Shown one piece after another: positions 15,423 through 25,082 of a stretch of DNA of 64,000 nt (the first letter of the stretch is position 1; the number at the start of each line of letters is the position of its first letter). Source of the stretch: a virus; the IMG/VR virus record IMGVR_UViG_3300032401_001514, positions 65,629 through 129,628 of that record; one strand, 5' to 3'. Below the pieces are notes generated by a model. It did no database searches, was not told the origin of the DNA, and saw only the letters and a list, made by a program, of their open reading frames with translations. A program made the translations under genes and the position numbers.

Positions 15423-18371
15423 TTATGCAGATATAAGGCCAGAAATACTAGTCGATGGCACAACCAGAATTGAATTGTTCCATCCGGCCTTTTTCAAATA
15501 TACTGTAATCTGTATCTTAGATACTAATGTCAAATATATAGGATCAACGCTCAAATCTTTAACGGTCAAGCTAAGGATGCCGTTGTTTTGGTCCATGTAT
15601 ATGCCGATGATGTCATCAACAATAATTCCATAACCATCTGTGTCATAGCCGTCCAAATTTGGAACGAATGATTGCAACGCCACTCCAAAACGAATCTTAT
15701 TCAAAAACAAATCTTCAGCTTGTACTGTTGTGCAATCTGCATATTTACATGCGGGATATCCAGCACTTGTAAATCCGTTCCCTTGATCCGCTACCAATTT
15801 ATGGAATACATCTATGCTTGATTCTTCAAAAGGCATCTGAGGAAGCTCAAGTATTATATGCTGAATTTCTATGTCAGTCTTATACATATCCCCGTTAGGC
15901 CTGATTATATGTCCTGAACCAATGATTAAATTATCTGGCACAAAGAAGTCATTTCTACCAGGATCACACGTTGGACTAATAGTACCCCTATCTTCGCATT
16001 CAAAAGTTAATGGTATAGAACAAGATGCTGGTTTTATCTCGTTTCTATAAGTAAATGTTTGCGGAACTATTCTGGCATGTGAATCAACTCCTAATTGATA
16101 GTCTTGCCAGAATGGCTGAGGTTGAATTTCAAATGTAACTCCTGGGAATGGAACGATATTAAATGTTCCAGGGTCAGCGCCATCTATACTCGGAACCACA
16201 ATATATCCGTCATATATTATTTCAGTCGTGCTTAATGATGACGTGGGAACTACATTGTCAGATTGATAACCATCTAATCTAATATATCCATCGCCACAAT
16301 CATAATAACCATCATAACGACCAATGCTTTGCTGCACTTGCAAACAAAGATGATTAAATGAATATCCAACAGTAAAAGAATTAATTGATCTATCTACGAA
16401 GCTTTGAATCAAATTAACGTCATCAGCAGAAACATATCCGTCACCATCAACATCCGCTCTTAATAATTCTAAAGTGCTAATATAGCCATCTACAATTTTT
16501 TGTTGTGTAGACGATAAAGCTAATCCCTCTCCAATAAGTTCTGCCGCTCTGGTTACATCCAAGTTATTAATTTCGCCGTCTCCATTAACATCTCCGTAAC
16601 CATCTGTACAAAGTGTTGCTCTAAAAATTCTATAATTATATGCTCTGCAATCTACGCTTGGAAATAATTTGCTACCAATTAAATTCAGTGACAAAAGATC
16701 TGCATCAGGATTTACTATACAGTAAGTATCTCCTTTAGCTAAACCTGGAAGGCTTTGAGTCTTAATTAATAATGTATTGTTCTTCGGGTTTGAATCAACA
16801 ACGCAACCTATAACTAGCGGCTCCGAAATTTGCTGCAAATCTTCTAATGAAGCCTCAGTAACGAAACTAAATGAAGGAATCGTTTGTTGACGCGAAAATA
16901 CATTATTGCCAGTTCTCTCATCTTGTACTGTTAAACTTTCTTGGAAAGTGGCCTGTAGCACACCTATATTGTTGACATTCTCGCCAGTTGTAGAAAATGA
17001 GAAGTATCTTTCTTGATTATCAATGGTAGCGCCAGTTGCTGGGTCTACTGTTGTTTTGGCGAAAGATATACCGTTTCCAGCATCATAACCTTGGCCATCA
17101 GCTATTTTGGAGGCGTCTGTCCAAATTTGGAACCACATATCATCTTCTGGAACATCGGTCCAAATGCCAGTGAATATTGTTAATCTAGAATCTGGTGTCC
17201 AGTCATTTCCTGTCTCAGCAAAAATAGAGCCGACACTTGCGTCACCAGAACGTCTAAATGTAACGGTGTAATAATGATCAGGATTTATTCCGCCTGGTTT
17301 TGATATCGAAGTATTATTAAATACAAAATCAACCGGCTGAGCCACGTCATTAAGAACATAGCCAAGGTTTGATAATTCAGTAATGCTAACACTAAATTCT
17401 ACTAACGGGTTTGGCTCAGGCTCAAATTCAATAGTTAGATCGGGGATGATATCAGTTGGGCAATCTACCGTGGTTTGCAACTTATGAATGCTAATAATTA
17501 AATTGCCTGACCAATCAAATCGATGCTCAATAGATGCCGCATCATCTCGTCCGACGCCTAACAACAATGTTATTTTTTGAATATTATTTGTGGTTGTTTT
17601 AAACTTTTGTCCATAACGTGTGACTACATCGCCGGCCTCAATAGAGCGAACTTGTTTTCCAGTTATATTTATATTTAATGCATCAACGCTATATTCCGGC
17701 CCTATTGCATCTTGTAACGTAGCGTATAATTCTGAAATGCCAGGTTGTGAAGGAATTACAATTCCACTAGTTTTGAAATCCCTAAAGAAAATATCAGGCA
17801 TCACATCCTGAGATGTCATAATTACATCGCGTGATAACTGAAAAGAAGCTACTTCGCTAATGTATACTTCGCCGCCTTGATTTCTGGAACAATTATTATT
17901 GCCTTTAAAATCATTAAATAATACAGTTAACAATCTTTTATAATGATTGGCAGTTACTTGCTTTTCATTTTTATGAAACGTCAGACGATCCATAATTAAG
18001 GTGCCATCAAATGACAATCCAATAATAAGAATTTTTACTTGTAATCTACCAAAAACACTAGAGCCTGTTAGCTCAACTTCTAATTGGTTGCCAAGATTGG
18101 TATCACTTGGTTGTGCATGAAAATCTAATCCAGTTCCATCAAAATTATTAGCTGCCAATAACGCCGCTTGTTCCGCTGTTAATTCGGTGGTATCAAAAAG
18201 TACACGTTGTTCTGGGGATTCTAAAAGAACGCCAGAGCCAAAATGATTTTGAATAATGGACGCATCTATTTGATTGTTATTGGTTTGCTCAGTGTCTAGA
18301 TCGGCTTTATCTACACGTTGAGCATCACTCCATTTGTTTTCTATTACTGATACTTGGTTTCGTATGGTCAT
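15423..18371 (-). CDS. Large virion structural protein with a dockerin-like Ca-binding duplicated motif; DGY-rich
   Basis: 982 aa, last gene of the baseplate run. GDVNGDGEINNLD...ADVDGDGYVSADD at about 16595-16395; 9 DGY. Confidence 0.6.
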   Translation of the reverse strand: MTIRNQVSVIENKWSDAQRVDKADLDTEQTNNNQIDASIIQNHFGSGVLLESPEQRVLFDTTELTAEQAALLAANNFDGTGLDFHAQPSDTNLGNQLEVELTGSSVFGRLQVKILIIGLSFDGTLIMDRLTFHKNEKQVTANHYKRLLTVLFNDFKGNNNCSRNQGGEVYISEVASFQLSRDVIMTSQDVMPDIFFRDFKTSGIVIPSQPGISELYATLQDAIGPEYSVDALNINITGKQVRSIEAGDVVTRYGQKFKTTTNNIQKITLLLGVGRDDAASIEHRFDWSGNLIISIHKLQTTVDCPTDIIPDLTIEFEPEPNPLVEFSVSITELSNLGYVLNDVAQPVDFVFNNTSISKPGGINPDHYYTVTFRRSGDASVGSIFAETGNDWTPDSRLTIFTGIWTDVPEDDMWFQIWTDASKIADGQGYDAGNGISFAKTTVDPATGATIDNQERYFSFSTTGENVNNIGVLQATFQESLTVQDERTGNNVFSRQQTIPSFSFVTEASLEDLQQISEPLVIGCVVDSNPKNNTLLIKTQSLPGLAKGDTYCIVNPDADLLSLNLIGSKLFPSVDCRAYNYRIFRATLCTDGYGDVNGDGEINNLDVTRAAELIGEGLALSSTQQKIVDGYISTLELLRADVDGDGYVSADDVNLIQSFVDRSINSFTVGYSFNHLCLQVQQSIGRYDGYYDCGDGYIRLDGYQSDNVVPTSSLSTTEIIYDGYIVVPSIDGADPGTFNIVPFPGVTFEIQPQPFWQDYQLGVDSHARIVPQTFTYRNEIKPASCSIPLTFECEDRGTISPTCDPGRNDFFVPDNLIIGSGHIIRPNGDMYKTDIEIQHIILELPQMPFEESSIDVFHKLVADQGNGFTSAGYPACKYADCTTVQAEDLFLNKIRFGVALQSFVPNLDGYDTDGYGIIVDDIIGIYMDQNNGILSLTVKDLSVDPIYLTLVSKIQITVYLKKAGWNNSILVVPSTSISGLISA

Positions 18372-18375
18372 GCTT

Positions 18376-21300
18376 TCACGGTATTAAATTAATTGTTACT
18401 TTAGATTGAGCAGGTTTAAGCGCGGATATAAGCTCTCTAAGCACTTGTTCTATTTTAGCGTTGCTTAAAACTATGCCAAAAGAGTCTAAGATATTTAGAG
18501 TAAAGTTGAAAATGCCGAATTTATCATCTCTTAATATAGCGAAGTCTGTATTCTTTGTAACAAGCTGGTCAAAATCTAATAGAAATGTAGTAAACGCATC
18601 TGTAATAGCCGGCCTAGCTTGAGAAATATTCGAAGTATAATTAACATCTTTTGGTTGTCCAGCAATAATAACTGGAGAAAGAGCTATATCACTTATTTTT
18701 AAATTATCGAATCTAGCCTGTGCTGGCTGCGCTCCCAGATAATCAGAGCCTATAAAAAATTGATTTATAGGATCTGTAAAGTTCATATCAGCAACAATAC
18801 GGCTTATGCCGCCAGAACGCCCCATTCCGAAAACAGCCCCGCTTCCAAATATTAAACCAGCACCAAACATAACAGTGGCATTTTCTTCTCCATCTACGAA
18901 CATTCTTAATTCGTCTTTATTATCAGATCTATTGAATTTATATGTTACACGAATTCGGTGCCACGTATCTCTTTGCCAGAATATAGATTGGCTAATTTTG
19001 TAATCAATATCTCCGATTCTTACGTCAAAATTTATAAAACCGTTTTTATCTTTAAATATAGTAATTCTGTTTCCAACAAGGCCTGACGTAATATAAATTA
19101 TTTTTACAGGAGTTTGTTGATAAGGGAGAGCAATTCCTAATTTAATAGTTTGAAAGTCATCCTCAATTCTACCACCAGCAAAGTAATTAACGCCAGAATT
19201 ATCAACATCAGTTTGTAATCTAACGGCCAATACTGTTGAAATTCTTCCTGCTGTTTTAACACTGCCGCTGGTTATGCTAGTTACTTTTTCAACTGATGAA
19301 GAGGCTGCGTCAAAATAAACCCTTACATTTGGATCATTGAATGTATCAAATTTTGGACTAACCCAAAATTCAATAGTGCCCTCAGAGGTAGTTGGAAGAT
19401 ATCCGTTGTTATCATATATTAATGGTTTATCCATAATAACAACGCTTTGATTAAAAGTTTCATTAACACTATCACTTGATTGAATAAATTCTTTAGTTGA
19501 GCTAATATAATAATCTGAGTCATTATTAAATGGAAATTCATCAAGGTGCAATAACATTAAAGTTTTACTGTTTTTATCAAATGGTCTTAAAGATGTGAAA
19601 TCACTTGTGATAGAATCTTGCCCTTCCGGTAAAATCTCACCAACGCGCACATCCGTTAACATATTTGATAGAATCCTAACCTCGTCTATAATAGCTTTAG
19701 CTTGTTCTCCACCATTAAAATTAGAACCTACATACGCTGTTAAATCATTTGTTGGAGCAAAAGGAATTTCTAGATGAGCAGAATAATCCAACTCATACAC
19801 TCCTTGCTTTAATGGATAATCAGTATCTACGGATCCTGCCAATTCAAATGTAAAGAATCCATTTTGGAACCCACTTCGTCCCAAACTGATATCAAATATA
19901 TCATAAATGCCATCAGTAAACGCTGAGCCGGGAGCTGGAGATATTGTAAGCGTGTGTTCATCCGGTCTGGAAACTATATTATATGTTCCAACAACAAGTG
20001 CCGGAGATGATATTGCTAATTTATTCCCTATGTCAGAATCTAAAAATAGCCTCTGTGAATCTGTTATAACAGCGCTGCCATCACCCTGCAATGTTATACC
20101 GTGTGCAGTCTTAAAACTGAATCTAACAATAGGGAAATTGTTGTTACCATCAGGCTCGGTAATAGAATAAGCTTCTTTAATTTCTATAGATGCTGAATTT
20201 TTTACTGGATTAAAAACTTCCATTACTGCTGTTGCGGAAGTAATAGTCTTAAATTTCTCAACACCAATTATTGCCCCAGACGCAGTGAATGTAAAGATTT
20301 CAAATACAGCCCCGCTAAAGGTTGTTCCAAATACCGTCACAGTAGCAGGCGTAGAGAAGTTTATATTACCACCAGTCATATAAACAGAAAGTCTGCGGCC
20401 CTCTGTAGAATTTGATGTTTGTGTAGGAGCGAGTCCAGCCGCTGTATATGTATTGCCAAAAATTACTGCATTACCAGGGCCAATTACAACAGAAGGCAAC
20501 AATATAGCGGTTATCTTTGCTTCATCCAAATTGATTGGTGGAGGCAATTGAGATCTAAGGATGCTTGTTGTATCACCCCATACAAATTGTCTGCTTCTGG
20601 CCCTTCTATGATTTAGCCCAAGTGTTCTAATAACAATCTGATCGCCAGCTATTGCGTTGCCCAATAATGTTAAAACGTCTTGATTATAAAGATTTTTCCC
20701 AATTGAATACGAAGGAATATCTGCTCGCAACCCTGGTATTTCTGTTTCGACTAAACCGCTAATAATAGATACAGCAATATTTGAAGATAAATTTATTTCA
20801 CTTGAAACTACTACTGAATATGGATTTACAGAGAATCTTACGTTAGACAATGTGGCAGGCATTGGTAAATTCAAAGTTAATGCATAACCATTAACAGCTG
20901 TTATATTATATGACCCAAATCCTATTTCAATAATATCTATCGTATCTCCTGGTAAAATACCGGAGGTCTGAAAATTAACGCTATCAGAAAATACTATTGA
21001 AGAACCATTTGTTACATTTAAATCTTTGTTTGTTATTGTTGTTAACGGCACAGTTCCAGCAACAATTTCAGCGCTAATAGTTCTAAATCTATCCGTAGAT
21101 GTAGCTATAGGTCTGCCGCCATACCTTAATAAATTCGGAACCTCAAAACCGTCAATAAATAAATGCATTTCATCTCTGCGCTCAACAGAACTTAATCTCC
21201 AAGAAGCCGCAATATGATGTTTTTGTCCAGACTTCCAGTCAGAAATATCAGAGCTTATCTTAAAAGAACTTATTGGATTTTCAGGAATTGTCGGATTCCC

Positions 21301-24300
21301 TTTGCTAAATGTCTGGAAATTTAAATATCCTTTTCCGTCTTTGAATATAGAGAACCTATTTGTAGTATTAGTTTTAGCAAAATCAAAAATATAATGTTTA
21401 TCATCAGACATAAATATAATGCCATCAAATGAGAATCCAGGCACATATCCATCCGTATATCCATCATATCCATCAGCGTAACCATCAGCGTCATTAGAAT
21501 TTAAATTAAAAGTAAATTGAATTTTGTTATTTAAAGTTCTTAATACATCGTCTGGTTCGCCAAGATTTTGTTTAAAACCAACATCATAGAATTCGCCAGA
21601 AGTTAGTATCTCGCCTCTATATGCATATCCGTCTACTATTGGAACATCTTTTGCTAAAATTTCCCAATGTTTTGTATCTGTGTTATAAAAAATGAACACA
21701 CCAGTTTTTGTAAAAATAGCTGATGGCAATCCTAATGGACTTAATTCATCGTTACGATTAATTGAGAAAGAATTATTGCTGTCATAAATTGGATTAAAAC
21801 TTGACGCACCAATAAAAACGCTGCTTGCTGGTAATACATATCCATCCTTTGTTAAGGATATGGTTAATGTAGAGTCATTATCTAAACCGTCCCATTCAGG
21901 AATGACCCATGCTTCCCAAGTGCCTTCTTCAAGTTTAAAATTGCTTGAAATCGGGAACGTAATAGTTTCGTCTGGATTTGCAATCAACGCTCCGTTATCG
22001 AATTTACCAGGCAACAAAGCAATATCACCAGTCCAATCAACGGCATTTTGAAATAGATGACTGATGCCTAAAGACCATATATCAAAAACAGATTCTATAA
22101 TTTCCGGGTCAACATGCGTGATACGTGATACCAACTCTGTAATAGCCGGAATTGTTGGACCTTTTGTGAATGATTGAAGTGCCGCCTGTAAAGCATCACG
22201 ATAATTCTCTCGTGGTAATGATGTATCAAACGTATTTAAAATTGGCAGATCAACTAATGTTCCAAAGTTTTTTAACAATGAATCTCTAACTGCTCCAATA
22301 GTATATGTAACGAAATACTCTTCCCCTTCGTTCAATGCTCCGCTTTCTCTAAAATCTAATACGTTATCACCATGTTCATAACTAACCAATATTTCATCAG
22401 CCAAATATGTATAATTAACGAAATAATCTCCTCTGTTGTAGTCAACAACTGGAGTGGCCGCCCCATTCAATTTCATACGATAAATAACCAATACCGAGTC
22501 CCCTGGAACCGGAGATCCAAGACCAGATAGATTAATTGTGTATCCAGAAAATGTTCCAGAAGAATCCCATAGTTCGACATTATCAGTAGTACGAATAACA
22601 TTGGTAACATCAGAAAGTTCAGCCCCAGTAGAAATAAACGATACAACAATTGATGGACCAGTAATAACTGTATTTAATTCTTTCTTTTCAACTCCAGTAG
22701 AATCCAATGTAATAACGTTGCCAGAAGATGTTGAACCTTCCGCAAAATCGGTTATATCAGCGTGGTTATTTAAATCAAATGCATCGAATATATGACGAAC
22801 ACGTTTGATATCATTCGTAACAGTAATTTGACCATTATCAACTATGTATGGCAAAGAAACGTCATCATTTAAAAAACGCTCATCAGAAATATCAAATTTA
22901 TTTGGCGTGATAATCCCTTCTCCAAACGAAGAGAAATCCATGATCTTGCTAGAGCCGGCTACAGCATTAATACTATAAAACAATTCTGACACACTAATGA
23001 CGTGTGGATTTTCAGGACTAATTGTTGGCTTGGCATAATTTACAGTTCCTACATTTAAAACTTGAGATGAAGTTACGCCAACATAAATTAACCCATTTCT
23101 ATAATCTATTTGATATTGTCCAACGAGCAACCTGTCCGTATTGGTGGCTACATCAAAAATTTGAGCATCATAATATAATTCTTTTTCAAATATATCAATT
23201 CTGCTAAAAGACACACTTGAGTTGAAACTTGATCCTATTGCATCATCTGTGGTTGATATAATTTTATTATTAACAAGCGGTAAACGATATATTCTGGTAC
23301 TAAGAATATTAATAAATTCTAAATCAACTAATAATGTTTCGTTAGATACTTCTGTAAATTTTATAGACTCTTGTAATTTATCAATAATTCTCGGAGATGT
23401 ATTGGCTGTAAAATATACGGTATTATCAGAGAATCTATTTAAGGCATATACCTCACCACTTGTTTCATTAAATATTCTAAATACATTGGTGATTGGAGAG
23501 TTTTTAACTAGAAATGAGGCTGTGCTTGTTAATCTATTTTCTATACGCTCGTCTAATTCTTCTTGATGAATTTGTGATTTAAAATCAACTCCAGGTACCA
23601 ATGTCTGTTCAAAATCAAATGACACTTTAACAGATTGGCTAATCAATTCTCTTAATGGATTAGCAACTAAATCAGAGCCGGTTGATGTAGAATTATGTAT
23701 TGGATCAGTATCTAAATCGAATGTATAATCAATCCTGTTACTAAATGATTTTCTATAATTATATGTAGCTCCAGGAGGAAATACACCAGAACCATCATTT
23801 GTAGTTGCTCCATAAACATATACTTCGCCTTTAGAATAATCAACAGAATAATCCCCAGTAACCCTTGGAAGCCCTTCTAACCTAAATGGTATCTCATGTT
23901 TAAAGGCTGGATGAACGCTAGAGAATGGTGGATTAGCTTGAGGGTCTAAAAATTCAATACCATCAGACGTAGGGATTTGATCAGAGTCTGTCACAACTGG
24001 TGCGTGTTTTAATATAAATCGGTTTAATATTGGAGGAACAGCCTCTCGGGTTGCCTCCAACACCTGTGACACTAATACAGAATTTGGATCAATAATTCTG
24101 CCTAAAGACTTGTATTCATAATCAACAACTAATGTATCTCCAGACTGAGGTACAGGTAAATCGGGATTATCTAAAACCGCCGAATTTAAATTAAATTGAT
24201 TGTCTTGCAACGTAAATAATGCTGATGCAACATTTGTATCATAATTAGGATTTTTAATTTGATACCCAAGAGTAGAAAGGTCATATTCGAAACTGCCACC

Positions 24301-25080
24301 AGATTCAAAATATAAAATTGCTTTATTAAGTTTTGTTACCGGTCCATGTTTAACAGTTAATATTAAATTATCAAATGTGCCAGCAATAGTTCCAGCAAAC
24401 AATTTCTCTTTAATTACATCTGTTCTTAACAAAGTAATAGGGTCTTTAGGAAAGCTGGTATAACTAAAACTTGTACTTAAATTAGTAGCAGTTCTATTTC
24501 TTCCAACGCGATCTACTTGATACGCGCCCTCTTCATTTAATCTATCATACGGTCCCAAACCTCTAGTTTTTTTCTCATCCTGTATTAAAATTTCTAAATA
24601 ATTATCACTTAATGATTGACCAATATCATGTAAAGCTTTGCCGATATATTTAGATTGTAAATTAACAATATCTCTAGCAATGGTATTATTATCAAGACTT
24701 AATATGCTTTGTTTATCTAAATAACTTAATAAAATATCTCTTGTTATATCTGCTGGATCTTCCGGCCCCAATAATAAAGAAACGTTTGTATTGCCGTCTT
24801 CAAGAAGAAATGATTGACCATTTTGTGATTTAAATCTGCTGGTTTGTGAAGATTTGAAAGTAACAAAATATGCAGCGTTCGGCGTCATTGGTCGAACGAT
24901 AACATTCATAATATCATTTGATATTGTTACTTTTAAAACTTCAGCATCAGGAACGCCAGGAACGTTTGATACAACGGTGACATTCGTTGCATTTAACAAC
25001 GAATCTAATGTGCCAGTAAATTGAGCACGAATAAGCTGGCTATCCGATGCTTTTATTCTGACCAATCTTAAGTTAGCCAT
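18376..25080 (-). CDS. Giant baseplate wedge protein (P2 gpI / T4 gp7-like) with LamG-like domains
   Basis: 2234 aa following the J-like gene. gpI-like core NFGTLVDLP...ENYRDAL...GPTIPAI and C-terminal KPAQSKV. LamG-type motifs GTWEAWVIPEW/KHHIAASW and GTIEFWVSP/WHRIRVTY. Confidence 0.7.
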   Translation of the reverse strand: MANLRLVRIKASDSQLIRAQFTGTLDSLLNATNVTVVSNVPGVPDAEVLKVTISNDIMNVIVRPMTPNAAYFVTFKSSQTSRFKSQNGQSFLLEDGNTNVSLLLGPEDPADITRDILLSYLDKQSILSLDNNTIARDIVNLQSKYIGKALHDIGQSLSDNYLEILIQDEKKTRGLGPYDRLNEEGAYQVDRVGRNRTATNLSTSFSYTSFPKDPITLLRTDVIKEKLFAGTIAGTFDNLILTVKHGPVTKLNKAILYFESGGSFEYDLSTLGYQIKNPNYDTNVASALFTLQDNQFNLNSAVLDNPDLPVPQSGDTLVVDYEYKSLGRIIDPNSVLVSQVLEATREAVPPILNRFILKHAPVVTDSDQIPTSDGIEFLDPQANPPFSSVHPAFKHEIPFRLEGLPRVTGDYSVDYSKGEVYVYGATTNDGSGVFPPGATYNYRKSFSNRIDYTFDLDTDPIHNSTSTGSDLVANPLRELISQSVKVSFDFEQTLVPGVDFKSQIHQEELDERIENRLTSTASFLVKNSPITNVFRIFNETSGEVYALNRFSDNTVYFTANTSPRIIDKLQESIKFTEVSNETLLVDLEFINILSTRIYRLPLVNNKIISTTDDAIGSSFNSSVSFSRIDIFEKELYYDAQIFDVATNTDRLLVGQYQIDYRNGLIYVGVTSSQVLNVGTVNYAKPTISPENPHVISVSELFYSINAVAGSSKIMDFSSFGEGIITPNKFDISDERFLNDDVSLPYIVDNGQITVTNDIKRVRHIFDAFDLNNHADITDFAEGSTSSGNVITLDSTGVEKKELNTVITGPSIVVSFISTGAELSDVTNVIRTTDNVELWDSSGTFSGYTINLSGLGSPVPGDSVLVIYRMKLNGAATPVVDYNRGDYFVNYTYLADEILVSYEHGDNVLDFRESGALNEGEEYFVTYTIGAVRDSLLKNFGTLVDLPILNTFDTSLPRENYRDALQAALQSFTKGPTIPAITELVSRITHVDPEIIESVFDIWSLGISHLFQNAVDWTGDIALLPGKFDNGALIANPDETITFPISSNFKLEEGTWEAWVIPEWDGLDNDSTLTISLTKDGYVLPASSVFIGASSFNPIYDSNNSFSINRNDELSPLGLPSAIFTKTGVFIFYNTDTKHWEILAKDVPIVDGYAYRGEILTSGEFYDVGFKQNLGEPDDVLRTLNNKIQFTFNLNSNDADGYADGYDGYTDGYVPGFSFDGIIFMSDDKHYIFDFAKTNTTNRFSIFKDGKGYLNFQTFSKGNPTIPENPISSFKISSDISDWKSGQKHHIAASWRLSSVERRDEMHLFIDGFEVPNLLRYGGRPIATSTDRFRTISAEIVAGTVPLTTITNKDLNVTNGSSIVFSDSVNFQTSGILPGDTIDIIEIGFGSYNITAVNGYALTLNLPMPATLSNVRFSVNPYSVVVSSEINLSSNIAVSIISGLVETEIPGLRADIPSYSIGKNLYNQDVLTLLGNAIAGDQIVIRTLGLNHRRARSRQFVWGDTTSILRSQLPPPINLDEAKITAILLPSVVIGPGNAVIFGNTYTAAGLAPTQTSNSTEGRRLSVYMTGGNINFSTPATVTVFGTTFSGAVFEIFTFTASGAIIGVEKFKTITSATAVMEVFNPVKNSASIEIKEAYSITEPDGNNNFPIVRFSFKTAHGITLQGDGSAVITDSQRLFLDSDIGNKLAISSPALVVGTYNIVSRPDEHTLTISPAPGSAFTDGIYDIFDISLGRSGFQNGFFTFELAGSVDTDYPLKQGVYELDYSAHLEIPFAPTNDLTAYVGSNFNGGEQAKAIIDEVRILSNMLTDVRVGEILPEGQDSITSDFTSLRPFDKNSKTLMLLHLDEFPFNNDSDYYISSTKEFIQSSDSVNETFNQSVVIMDKPLIYDNNGYLPTTSEGTIEFWVSPKFDTFNDPNVRVYFDAASSSVEKVTSITSGSVKTAGRISTVLAVRLQTDVDNSGVNYFAGGRIEDDFQTIKLGIALPYQQTPVKIIYITSGLVGNRITIFKDKNGFINFDVRIGDIDYKISQSIFWQRDTWHRIRVTYKFNRSDNKDELRMFVDGEENATVMFGAGLIFGSGAVFGMGRSGGISRIVADMNFTDPINQFFIGSDYLGAQPAQARFDNLKISDIALSPVIIAGQPKDVNYTSNISQARPAITDAFTTFLLDFDQLVTKNTDFAILRDDKFGIFNFTLNILDSFGIVLSNAKIEQVLRELISALKPAQSKVTINLIP

Positions 25081-25082
25081 TA

